A stretch of DNA of 64,000 nucleotides. Source: Macrostomum lignano (Eukaryota). This document shows positions 26,341 to 38,935 of this stretch, piece by piece. The notes beneath the pieces were generated by a model. That model was given only the letters and a program-made list of their open reading frames with translations. It made no database searches and had not been told where the DNA came from. Made by a program: the position numbers and the translations under genes. Numbering within the stretch: the first letter of the stretch is position 1; each line of letters starts with the position of its first letter. The DNA is taken from positions 1 through 64,000 of the forward strand of contig NIVC01003780.1 in NCBI GenBank assembly GCA_002269645.1. The letters run 5' to 3'.

Positions 26341-27140
26341 TGTAAAGACTTCACTTTAGATTGTAGAACGAGACGCTTGATACGAGGAAAGCGACTGCAA
26401 TTTATATTGTAAATATTGAGCACGATACATTGGGTGTAAGAGGCTTAAGGGTGGAAAGCAAGAGCGGCCAGAATGCAGAGCGCACATAAGAATGTACAGC
26501 GAAATATCGCAGAAGGGAGCACGCAGCGAAACTGGTAAAAAACCACCTCAAAACACGGAGTAAAAACAAGCTAACAAAACAAACAACAATTTGCCCAGCC
26601 AAGTCACCACACTCCTCCCCACAAATTGATTAAGCGTTGGATAAAAACGAGAATAAAAGACGTTCACAGTCCATAGAGGAACAGTCCATGGTCACTGGTA
26701 GCGCAGCTGGTCAGGTTCAGCTCTCGCCCTGGTCGAATGTCGAAGTGGCGCCGCGGAGCAGCTCAACTCTGGCGCCTGGCCAGGCGTCTCCGCAGGGGCC
26801 TCCGGTTGATAGTCAGGCACCTCGGCACATGGCGGCTGCTCGACTTTCGAAGGCGTCGCAGGCTCCAGCGGCTTGCACACTTGATCAATGTGCCAACGGA
26901 CCTCTCGACCATCCTCAAACTGGCAAAAGAAAGACGCAGCCCCAGAGCAGTCAGTCACAACAGCAGGCTTCCAGCTGCCGTCAGCAGCAAAGTCCCTCTT
27001 GACGACTGCGTCACCCATCTCAATGCGACAGTCATGGGCATGGGCATCGTGCTGCTGCTTCTGCGAATCTGCATTGCTTGTAATCTTGGGAGAATCTCAT
27101 CCCATTTTCTCAGAGTGTTGTATCTAGAATGTCAAGGGGG
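26341..27140 (-). mobile_element. Captured Gypsy 3' end: integrase C-terminus, polypurine tract and 271-bp LTR (26341-26611)
   Basis: QKQQHD...MGDAVVKRDF...WKPAVV...G...F...G...RWHIDQV...LRHSTRARAEPDQL is a Gypsy integrase C-terminal (GPY/F-type) region. It is followed by GGGGAGGAG abutting TGTGG...TTACA. Confidence 0.88.
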
Positions 27141-27379
27141 TTGGGGTCAAATGGAATCAAATGCATAGATTTAAAAACACAAAATGATACCCAAATCTGG
27201 CCTACAGTGCAAAACTGATGCCAAATGTGGCATGGGGCCTTGCATATAAAAATAGCACGAAGATCTAATCTATAGTGCAAAAATAAAGTAAAACCTATAA
27301 TAGTTAAATATGTATACTATAGTTATACTAAAAAGTCATAAGAAAAATAACATAGTATAATATGAATACTATGAATCTA

Positions 27380-28551
27380 TGGTGAAATCCAAAAATCGGG
27401 GGCAAGTTTTATGAAAATTCGTTTTTTGGCAATTTGAAAGCAATAAAGCTATAAAATCAATCTATTTAAGTTTTTAAAAGGTAAAAAAGTCTATTAAAGC
27501 ACAAATTATTTTTGTATAGCTTTATTTTTAATAAAATGATTTGTTAAAATGGTAAGTTTAATTACAACCTAAAATGAGTCTAATGAAAATGATAGAAAAG
27601 CTATAATAATGTATTTTAATAACTTTAACTATCTTATAATGTTACACTCTATAATTCTACAACATATTTAACATTATTTTCAAGGGTTTATTTGTTTATC
27701 ACTTTCGTTACTCTTGACAACGTGTATTTTGTAGAGTTTGTTTGCAATAAATTGTATTCAACGTAAGTTTATTATTTAAACATACAAATTCCTGTAGGGA
27801 TCGGAAAATTGCATTTTACTCAGCTTCTACTAAAGCAATTTGGAAAATTCTTTTTTTCCTGCATATACACCGCAATGATACATGTTTTAGTGTAATTTCA
27901 TTGTTCTTCGTCGCTTAATGAGCATACAGTAAGCATCTGATTTGGATGCCGGGTTCACATTTTGTGGTACCATTTTTTACCCAAAATTTTTAAGTCTAAA
28001 TATAGGCATATTACAAATACTAATACTATGCAAGTTAATATTTAAATGAAAGAAAACAACTTAAAGATTATTTTGCAACAAGGAATTAGCGATATATTTA
28101 CTTTTAGAGAAAGATGTTTGCTGGCAAACTTTGCACTTAATATTAGTATGAATTTTTGCGAGTTTATATGGTTTTAGAAAAACTTTGAAATCCTTAGAAA
28201 TACTTCATCTTTTTGAATTGAATAAAAAGTAAAACACAGATTACTTTCTGTTTTGTAAGTAGTAAAAAAATTAGCCTTCTCTAAGGCCTACAAGTCTTAA
28301 AATTAATTGTTTAATAATGAAAAAAAGTGAAACAAAAAATTGCAAATCGGTCAACTTGGACTTTCAAAATGATTTTTTGTGGTTTTTTCTTATTTATTCA
28401 ACAATATAAAGCATGAAAACAATAGTTTTTATCCAGAACTATTTTCTAAAGACCTATCTATCTTTCAAAAACCTTTTTTAGATACATTACTTTCCATCGA
28501 ATGTCCGCAGATTTGTTTTACTGTTTTATCCCACGTTTTTGGATTTCGCCC
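27380..28551. mobile_element. 1172-bp AT-rich TIR element with TA TSD, nested in family 2
   Basis: TIR (G/T)GG(C/T)GAAATCCAAAAA with TA on both sides. It is absent from the 40628-43804 copy, which shows the empty site ATCTATTCAAAAG at about 42405. Confidence 0.8.
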
Positions 28552-30641
28552 TATCCAAAAAGTTAAAAAAACTAGTATATATATATATCAAAATTTCATT
28601 AAATTGCCTGCTATAAGTATGCAAAATTGGCATTATATCCTAGCCAAAGATAAATGCTGCCCTAAATCAACTGATAGAATATAATTCATGGATGGCATGG
28701 AACTGCTAAAAACAAATTCTTAAAAAATAAGGAGCTATAAATATAGTAGGGATCAAAACATCATAGGAAAAAATGCTAGCTTTAGGCCATTTTAGACTTT
28801 TCAAAATCACATGATTTATGACCTAATCTAGATATCATTCCTACAGTTAAGTTAGGCCTTTGGTAGCTCATATTGCAATCCTATACTTGCAATCCTATCC
28901 TATACATTTTATCATGAAAACATGACTTTTTTGTAGATATTTATCCACTTTCAACTCCTAGATAACTATTTTTTGCCATTTTGAAAATAGTTATTGAATT
29001 GCCATTGCACTATTTATAATATGTTATAATATGTATTATTAATAATATGTCTAATTATTAATAAAACATATTCATACACCTGTTTAAAAATTGTAAGCAG
29101 AAACCATTAAACCCAAAAAAGCAGCAAGTTTACATTGCAATACAGTGTAGTAATCAACTAGTTATATAGTTCAGTTAGTTTAGGCTTAACTGTATAAGAC
29201 TAAATTATGTCTCTGGAATGTCGTCAGAACATTTAAATTCTTCAGAAGAAGGTGTAAAAAACAACTACTAAGCTAAATTAATTTTAACGTTAAAAAAACA
29301 GCCGTGCAGTGACTACAATTTACTATTAGCTAATAAAACCACGTCCGACTTGACCACCTGGCGACGGGCGCCGCGGCACACACGAGAGCAATAATATTCA
29401 AATCAATGGGGAAAAATTAGCAATAACTATGCACTACGTAAATTTTAAAAAAAGTTATTTATTCATTTATATTTTTACGAACGAAGCTATGTTCTTCCAT
29501 CTGGTTAATTGCTCAAATATATATTTATTAAAATATAGTACTTTGAACTTTCCGTATCTGTTACGCATGCACTTCTTGATCGTCTCGAAGGAGAATAATC
29601 CATAAAACTCAAACTTCCTAACTCAATGAGCAAACTATTTGAGCCAAAACACAATTTTTATGTGTAAAAAGCAAATTTCACTTTTATGGTGGATCAAAAG
29701 TGCTGTATGATTGCGTTGTTTTTGTTTATTGCAAAGAGTCACTTTTTCAGTGTAAATTATTTATTTATATTTATTCAGTGTTCATTTCTAATCATATCGA
29801 ATTGATTATCGTAGGAAAATTTTGCTTAATTGATTAAAACTTTTAATTGGTTAACGACGCGGCACCCCGCGGTTCTCCCGAGTTCGGGCCGACGTCGGCT
29901 GGCCGACTTTAGCATGGCCGTCGAGTGGCAAAGCCGCGCTCGGCCCGCCGAGATCGGGCCGAGCTCGGCGGGTTGACGGCGGTTCTAGCTCGGGCCGACG
30001 ACCTCGGGCCGAGGTCGGCTGACCGCGGTAATGCCGAGTAGCTTTGCACTATACTTTGTATTCAGCTTTTATAAAGCTTATATTGCTTCTTACAGATTGA
30101 CTACATGTAGTGCCACTTTCACTTTCTATCACTTGTTGTTCTGTACAATTCGGTATTACATGAAAAAGAAAAGGTGAATGGGAAAACGACATGACACGAA
30201 TCGATTTAAAAGTCCCAAGTCATTCCTAGCATATGTTAGTGTATTGCAGTGGTAATGTATATGAGCCTAGTTTAACTATTTTAATTGATTTCCCCTCGGA
30301 ATTAGATACGTAAGATATATTAGATATCCACCAGACTCAGTTCCTCGATCTATAGCTCTGCACAAATATACACAACCAACAACCAACCATGTCCAGGATT
30401 AAATGATTGTGAAATAAGAACGATTTAGAAGAACTTAAAATAATTTAATTAAAAGAAAACCGCAACAGTAAATCCACCACAAGCACACTAGTGTATTATC
30501 AAATGCTATTAATGATACAAGATTAACTTTTCAACCAATAAGCAAGAAAAGAAACAGAAAAAGTTGCTAAACAGTTGAAAACAGAGGTTGGGTTAAGGGT
30601 TGCGATACGGATTTGGTTGAGCATTATTTAACATTATAAAC

Positions 30642-31740
30642 TGTAAAGACTTCACTTTAGATTGTAGAACGAGACGCTTGATACGAGGAAAGCGACTGCA
30701 ATTTATATTGTAAATATTGAGCACGATACATTGGGTGTAAGAGGCTTAAGGGTGGAAAGCAAGAGCGGCCAGAATGCAGAGCGCACATAAGAATGTACAG
30801 CGAAATATCGCAGAAGGGAGCACGCAGCGAAACTGGTAAAAAACCACCTCAAAACACGGAGTAAAAACAAGCTAACAAAACAAACAACAATTTGCCCAGC
30901 CAAGTCACCACACTCCTCCCCACAAATTGATTAAGCGTTGGATAAAAACGAGAATAAAAGACGTTCACAGTCCATAGAGGAACAGTCCATGGTCACTGGT
31001 AGCGCAGCTGGTCAGGTTCAGCTCTCGCCCTGGTCGAATGTCGAAGTGGCGCCGCGGAGCAGCTCAACTCTGGCGCCTGGCCAGGCGTCTCCGCAGGGGC
31101 CTCCGGTTGATAGTCAGGCACCTCGGCACATGGCGGCTGCTCGACTTTCGAAGGCGTCGCAGGCTCCAGCGGCTTGCACACTTGATCAATGTGCCAACGG
31201 ACCTCTCGACCATCCTCAAACTGGCAAAAGAAAGACGCAGCCCCAGAGCAGTCAGTCACAACAGCAGGCTTCCAGCTGCCGTCAGCAGCAAAGTCCCTCT
31301 TGACGACTGCGTCACCCATCTCAATGCGACAGTCATGGGCATGGGCATCGTGCTGCTGCTTCTGCATCCTGATTGCAGCGCATGGGCATTTTGGCGGACG
31401 GCGTCCGGCGCGGATCAGCCTGCGCGGCGCAGCATTGGTGGTGGACCAGGGGTAAGTCGCAAAAATGCCACCCCATAAAATACGGGCGTAGTACTAATTA
31501 GATGCCGAGACATTTAGGCTTGATAAGACAGTCATAGTTACTCCTGCCGTTTACCCAAAACTGCGTTAATTTTGCTTTAGGGTTTCTTTCACAGGTAAGT
31601 CATTTCACAGTGTGGCGCAGGTTGTGTAGGCGTCTGGCGTACTTAAGCCATGCGCTGCAACAGGGTTCTGCATTGCTTGTAATCTTGGGAGAATCTCATC
31701 CCATTTTCTCAGAGTGTTGTATCTAGAATGTCAAGGGGGT
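30642..31740 (-). mobile_element. Captured Gypsy 3' end, second copy (LTR 30642-30912), interrupted by a MITE
   Basis: Near-identical to 26341-27140; see ORF 30993-31367. Confidence 0.88.
31368..31665. mobile_element. 298-bp MITE with 8-bp TSD (hAT-like)
   Basis: TTCTGCAT is duplicated at 31360-67 and 31666-73. Imperfect TIRs CC(TGA/CTG)TTGCAGCGCATGG. Confidence 0.88.
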
Positions 31741-31978
31741 TGGGGTCAAATGGAATCAAATGCATAGATTTAAAAACACAAAATGATACCCAAATCTGGC
31801 CTACAGTGCAAAACTGATGCCAAATGTGGCATGGGGCCTTGCATATAAAAATAGCACGAAGATCTAATCTATAGTGCAAAAATAAAGTAAAACCTATAAT
31901 AGTTAAATATGTATACTATAGTTATACTAAAAAGTCATAAGAAAAATAACATAGTATAATATGAATACTATGAATCTA

Positions 31979-33150
31979 TGGTGAAATCCAAAAATCGGGG
32001 GCAAGTTTTATGAAAATTCGTTTTTTGGCAATTTGAAAGCAATAAAGCTATAAAATCAATCTATTTAAGTTTTTAAAAGGTAAAAAAGTCTATTAAAGCA
32101 CAAATTATTTTTGTATAGCTTTATTTTTAATAAAATGATTTGTTAAAATGGTAAGTTTAATTACAACCTAAAATGAGTCTAATGAAAATGATAGAAAAGC
32201 TATAATAATGTATTTTAATAACTTTAACTATCTTATAATGTTACACTCTATAATTCTACAACATATTTAACATTATTTTCAAGGGTTTATTTGTTTATCA
32301 CTTTCGTTACTCTTGACAACGTGTATTTTGTAGAGTTTGTTTGCAATAAATTGTATTCAACGTAAGTTTATTATTTAAACATACAAATTCCTGTAGGGAT
32401 CGGAAAATTGCATTTTACTCAGCTTCTACTAAAGCAATTTGGAAAATTCTTTTTTTCCTGCATATACACCGCAATGATACATGTTTTAGTGTAATTTCAT
32501 TGTTCTTCGTCGCTTAATGAGCATACAGTAAGCATCTGATTTGGATGCCGGGTTCACATTTTGTGGTACCATTTTTTACCCAAAATTTTTAAGTCTAAAT
32601 ATAGGCATATTACAAATACTAATACTATGCAAGTTAATATTTAAATGAAAGAAAACAACTTAAAGATTATTTTGCAACAAGGAATTAGCGATATATTTAC
32701 TTTTAGAGAAAGATGTTTGCTGGCAAACTTTGCACTTAATATTAGTATGAATTTTTGCGAGTTTATATGGTTTTAGAAAAACTTTGAAATCCTTAGAAAT
32801 ACTTCATCTTTTTGAATTGAATAAAAAGTAAAACACAGATTACTTTCTGTTTTGTAAGTAGTAAAAAAATTAGCCTTCTCTAAGGCCTACAAGTCTTAAA
32901 ATTAATTGTTTAATAATGAAAAAAAGTGAAACAAAAAATTGCAAATCGGTCAACTTGGACTTTCAAAATGATTTTTTGTTTTTTTTTCTTATTTATTCAA
33001 CAATATAAAGCATGAAAACAATAGTTTTTATCCAGAACTATTTTCTAAAGACCTATCTATCTTTCAAAAACCTTTTTTAGATACATTACTTTCCATCGAA
33101 TGTCCGCAGATTTGTTTTACTGTTTTATCCCACGTTTTTGGATTTCGCCC
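31979..33150. mobile_element. Second copy of the 1172-bp TA-flanked TIR element
   Basis: Near-identical to 27380-28551. Confidence 0.8.
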
Positions 33151-36100
33151 TATCCAAAAAGTTAAAAAAACTAGTATATATATATATCAAAATTTCATTA
33201 AATTGCCTGCTATAAGTATGCAAAATTGGCATTATATCCTAGCCAAAGATAAATGCTGCCCTAAATCAACTGATAGAATATAATTCATGGATGGCATGGA
33301 ACTGCTAAAAACAAATTCTTAAAAAATAAGGAGCTATAAATATAGTAGGGATCAAAACATCATAAGAAAAAATGCTAGCTTTAGGCCATTTTAGACTTTT
33401 CAAAATCACATGATTTATGACCTAATCTAGATATCATTCCTACAGTTAAGTTAGGCCTTTGGTAGCTCATATTGCAATCCTATACTTGCAATCCTATCCT
33501 ATACATTTTATCATGAAAACATGACTTTTTTGTAGATATTTATCCACTTTCAACTCCTAGATAACTATTTTTTGCCATTTTGAAAATAGTTATTGAATTG
33601 CCATTGCACTATTTATAATATGTTATAATATGTATTATTAATAATATGTCTAATTATTAATAAAACATATTCATACACCTGTTTAAAAATTGTAAGCAGA
33701 AACCATTAAACCCAAAAAAGCAGCAAGTTTACATTGCAATACAGTGTAGTAATCAACTAGTTATATAGTTCAGTTAGTTTAGGCTTAACTGTATAAGACT
33801 AAATTATGTCTCTGGAATGTCGTCAGAACATTTAAATTCTTCAGAAGAAGGTGTAAAAAACAACTACTAAGCTAAATTAATTTTAACGTTAAAAAAACAG
33901 CCGTGCAGTGACTACAATTTACTATTAGCTAATAAAACCACGTCCGACTTGACCACCTGGCGACGGGCGCCGCGGCACACACGAGAGCAATAATATTCAA
34001 ATCAATGGGGAAAAATTAGCAATAACTATGCACTACGTAAATTTTAAAAAAAGTTATTTATTTATTTATATTTTTACGAACGAAGCTATGTTCTTCCATC
34101 TGGTTAATTGCTCAAATATATATTTATTAAAATATAGTACTTTGAACTTTCCGTATCTGTTACGCATGCACTTCTTGATCGTCTCGAAGGAGAATAATCC
34201 ATAAAACTCAAACTTCCTAACTCAATGAGCAAACTATTTGAGCCAAAACACAATTTTTATGTGTAAAAAGCAAATTTCACTTTTATGGTGGATCAAAAGT
34301 GCTGTATGATTGCGTTGTTTTTGTTTATTGCAAAGAGTCACTTTTTCAGTGTAAATTATTTATTTATATTTATTCAGTGTTCATTTCTAATCATATCGAA
34401 TTGATTATCGTATGAAAATTTTGCTTAATTGATTAAAACTTTTAATTGGTTAACGACGCGGCACCCCGCGGTTCTCCCGAGTTCGGGCCGACGTCGGCTG
34501 GCCGACTTTAGCATGGCCGCGATCGGATGCCGAGTGGCCGACGTCGGCCCGAGCTCGGACCGAGCTCGGCTTTGCCACTGGGAGGTGGCTGTCAGACAAA
34601 ATTTGAAAGCGATGATTTACGACCCAAAAAGCTGCGCCTATGTTATTATGACTACTAGTATGACCAGACATTATATCTACCCTAGATGACAATCTGTTCA
34701 CACCCGCGTAGCAGATCTGTTTTTAACTTTCATTTCTTAACAGATCTTAGCATCTGCTATGTCTTGTAATATCTTACCAGATGCGGCTAGTATCTGCTCA
34801 CGATAAGTGCATAAATTTCTTATCCAAATGAGTGTGGAGTATCAGGAATGTATAGAAAGAAATAATATGACAGTAACAAACATAAAAACACGCTTCAGTT
34901 AAGCTTAAAGTGTCATTAATTGCGTCAGTCATATCTGCTTTTTCATGCAAGATATGGAACAAAATATGCTGCTTCGTGTCAGATCTTACTTTACAAGGTT
35001 TGAAATTAAACATACATATGTTTAAATATATGTTGCCGAAACAAGTTACTCACTTTTTATACATTAGATTTTCCTTTCAATAAATAAAAGGGAATAACGG
35101 TTAAAGACTTCATCGCAATGAAAAATATTTTGTTATACCTTAGCTAGTAAAATAGGTATGAACAAAGTAATGAAAAACGTGCCTCTCCTTATCTGCAATT
35201 ATTGACTTGTTGTCCATCTAAAAATAGTATCAGTTGATTGAATCTTTCGCATATATACCAAAATGTGCTTTAGATTTAATCTTTAAATCGGTAAGGATCA
35301 TTTGGAATTAGGTAGAATACCTTTAAAGTTTAGAGGTTAGGTCTAACTTGTCTCTCATATATTCCATCATTCTTAGGCTAATGCAATAATAATGGCAATG
35401 TCAAAATGATGAAAAAGCCATGACAACTGACAAATTATTATATCAGACAACATGTCCATAGGTATAATGTTATTGTTTGAATGAAAAAATAAGGTCTTTC
35501 AACTTATAAATTATATATAATATCCAGTTATTTAGCTATTTACCTATTATTCATTAACTTCTCTACTAACCAAGGGACAGGTAGGCCATAGGGTACCCAT
35601 ACATAACCTATTCCCCCTCCCTATGACTCATGGGTCATGGCCATGGGTAGGCCTACCCTATTCTATAATCAGACAATGGTACTATACACCCTATAACTGA
35701 TATTGTCTGTTAGGCCTATTGAGCTATGAATAGGCCTAAATAGGCCCTTCCCTTACTTAGACTCTAGTTTATTCTATTTTATAAAAGGCCATACCAAGTG
35801 CAGATCTAGAAAACTTTTAAGAAAGGGGCCAAGCTATACCAAACACTACAACCCAATATTGGAAAATAGGCCTACTTAATAGACCTGGCATAATTATAGT
35901 TGTAGACCAAAAAAGGGCTCATGACCAAGACTGCCATACACCAAGACTGCCACAGTTCTAACTGGCTAATGGAATTGACACTGAGGGGGAGCTATTATCT
36001 TCCTGCATTGCTATTGCCATATTGGTTGTGATGGGTTATAAAGTTAGATAAGAGGAAATATCCTAAGATTGGTTACCAATAAGGCAAATAAGTGGCCCAA

Positions 36101-37808
36101 AATGGTTGCAAGTCAACCAAGGCAATTTTAACAATACGCCTAGGCCTATCTTATAGTTCCTTTACAATTCAAATTGAATGAAAAAAATGAGGAGCCTGGC
36201 TTATTTACCTACTTGGCCCATTTACTAGTTTCTTTCTTGTAGCCTTGTCTTATTGGCTCTCTCCATCTCACCCTTTCTCAGCATCATCCAATAACATGGC
36301 AAGCCAAATTCCTCCCCCTAGCTCCCCCAAGTATGGCAGTCTTTGTGTGGCGGTCTTGGTCCTATACCTCAAAAAGTATGAAAAAAAATTTTTGGTTGTG
36401 GCTCTATATTTGCCACTGGGCCATACTCTGAAAAGTGGGTGTTTCTAACTTTAAACTACATGGTTCATTGATAATTATATTATGTTTGATTTTGTTTGCT
36501 GTTATTATTAGTAATATACTATTTAGACAATGCTATATATAGACTATGTATATAGTATAGATAGTATACTGGTCTAATCCATAAGCTAGCTAAGTAAGAT
36601 CATGGATTATAAAGATTATCCAGAGATCATGAGGTCATGATTTAAATAGAAAATGCATGTTTATAAGCATATTACCCTTAGTCCTTAAGCTTATGAAATA
36701 TGCATAATAGTAGTCATGATTATGAGTATCTTTATAAAATATTCTTCAAACTCAGTAATAATTTTTTTGATCACAATTATATTTTAATCTGAAGTCTAAA
36801 CTTAAATTTCCAGGTGCAAATTTTCTATCTAATTTAGAAAGAATATGGAAACTGGTGATCATTCAAGCCAAAGTCCAAGGGCTAAAAGGCAACGCAGACC
36901 AGCAAGCCAGGATTACTTTGGCTTGGAAAGGCAAAGGCAGCAAAATGTGTTTGTTTTGTTATGGTACAACAAAACCAATTCCTATAGTGAGGCCTTGTCT
37001 CAATAATGTTATGTTTTCCAAGGTAAGTTATGCAAATATTTTTAATATGTTGTTAAAATGGTTATATATATGCATTTGTCTTTAGTCTGGTCCTTAAGTT
37101 TTTAAATATAATGGTAGCTTATAATGTAGGGCTAGGTTGTTTACTTAAATTACTTTAGACTTTGTATTCATTATTTATGTATATTTTTATGATAGTGTAC
37201 CTTGGAAAATATTTTTATAGTGTTTTTGGTAATGACTTTGTGGTCAACAACATATTAATAAACACCTTGTTATTTTGCTAACAAAGGCCTGCTATGCTAG
37301 CCTTTGTCCCTTTTCTACTATTATCTTTCCATATTTGCAGTAATGGACAAGTTAGCCAGAAAAGAGCTATTTTTTGAAAATTTGGAGTTTTTTTGTTATC
37401 AAGAAAGTTAGTTTCTTGAGTTGAAGTTTAAATGTTTAATGTTTTTTATTTTAAAAAAATTATCTTTTCAAGATAACTTTTATTAACTAGTCATTGCCTA
37501 TCACTGCTCAGGCTGCTGTATTGAATTATAAATCACATCTCCAATGCTTAATTCTTTAACAATCATCAAGTTAAGGATTATACTAAAACTGGTAGAATAT
37601 AAGTATATCCGAAAAGTAATAGCTTACTAAGTCTAACTGGCAATCCAATATAATTCCATTTTAGTTCTCTGTGTCCAAGAAAGCTGCCTGGCAAAAGGTA
37701 AGCATTAGTTTTGTCTGTTAGTCACTCATTGGAATCAATAATAAAAGTGTGGTGAAGAGCCATTTTTGTATATCATTTTTAGTATTTTGAAGAAACAATG
37801 AAAATCGG

Positions 37809-38268
37809 TTGAGCCTTTTGGGAGATAACCAATTCTGTTTGCAAGCTATTTTGCGCCCTTTCATGCATCAGCATAGGCTTCACCAGCCGCTAAATATTTT
37901 AAGCAAAAATCGTGATGGTAAAATAAGTTGTAAGAATTCTTTCTCCAATGGAATGCAGGTGTTCCATACCTATGATAATGCTCGGAAAGGAACGTGCATC
38001 AGCTTCATCGTGAATTATTCTAGGTTCTAGCGAATCTGTAGGAGTCATCAAGAGCATTGATCACGGGACCCAGTCTGTCAGAATTTCTCCGATTTTATCA
38101 GTAAAAAAGAATAATATGTTTTGTTGTTCACGGCAGCAGTACGAAGACAGTTTTGGATGCGACGACTTTCCTGTTCCAATTGGTTTGGATTTCCTAAAGT
38201 GCTTGCTGGTGGCCGATGATAACCAGGTCTACCTTGTGCCAATTCTGAGCTGCTGCGAACACAATTAG
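37809..38268 (+). pseudogene. Possible relic of the C-terminal part of an EnSpm-type transposase
   Basis: Two frames joined by a shift give NGMQVFHTYDNARKGTCISFIVNY ... GVIKSI ... FLKCLLVADDNQVYLVPILSCCEHN*. This resembles the C-termini of animal CACTA transposases, by recalled similarity only. Confidence 0.35.
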
Positions 38269-38814
38269 GTAGCCCATTTATTTGCGCGTGTTTTTTACTT
38301 CTGTGTAAAACCAAAGTATATTTTTTCGTAATTAGTACATTAACACTATCTTGAATTTGATCCATTCGGTCTGTAATAACTTTAGATGTCAGTAAGAATC
38401 TACAGAACTTACAACCAATATTAAACCCAATATCTACAGAACTTCATACCCAACTTTGCGTCCCCCTTGGCAGGTGCACACAGTATGCATGAGCACTGCG
38501 GCGACACGGCAGCCCCAGCAGTATGAGCAACCCTAGCAGGTAAGCAGGCAGCGCGCCTACACATTCGTGTCGTTTTTTCGTTCTCTGATTATGAGTACAT
38601 TTTTATTTTGCTTACTAGATTAAATTTTGTCTATCTTCAGCCGCTCTGGGTATTACTAGTACAAGCTACAAGTGCAAAATAATATGTAGTTTAAAAACCT
38701 AATATATTGCTTACTTAGCTCTAAAATCCGAATTTCGAATAGAAAGTGAATAATATTAGTCTTGTCAGTGTCACAAATATCTTCATTTCCCTGCCAGATG
38801 CCCTGCGTTGCCTA

Positions 38815-38935
38815 CTGTGCATTGGTGCTCAGCCTTCGGTGCCCAGCTGCCTTTGGTGCCCAGCTGCCTTCGGTGCCCAGCTGCCTTTGGTGCCCAGCTG
38901 CCTTCGGTGCCCAGCTGCCTTCGGTGCCCAGCTGC
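38815..38935. repeat. 17-bp minisatellite
   Basis: GGTGCCCAGCTGCCTT(T/C), about 7 copies. Confidence 0.9.

Larger units (their letters stand above)
25609..34582 (+). mobile_element. CACTA/EnSpm-type element, family 2, head-to-tail dimer (about 4.3 kb + 4.66 kb)
   Basis: Outer TIRs CCCAGTGGCAAAGCCG(C/A)GCTCGG and a perfect 2-bp TSD AG (25607-08, 34583-84). GC-rich CCGAGCTCGG/CCGACGTCGG subterminal palindromes. Internal junction at about 29920-29930. The offset is 4301, then 4599. Confidence 0.92.

Noticed and set aside
26637-27168. Plus-strand ORFs in family 2 (also 30938-31478 and 41754-42145)
   Set aside because: They are antisense shadows of the Gypsy integrase fragment.
36245-37085. Exon-like segments inside the family 3 element
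   Set aside because: Short ORFs and splice-like signals exist but could not be joined into a coherent protein.
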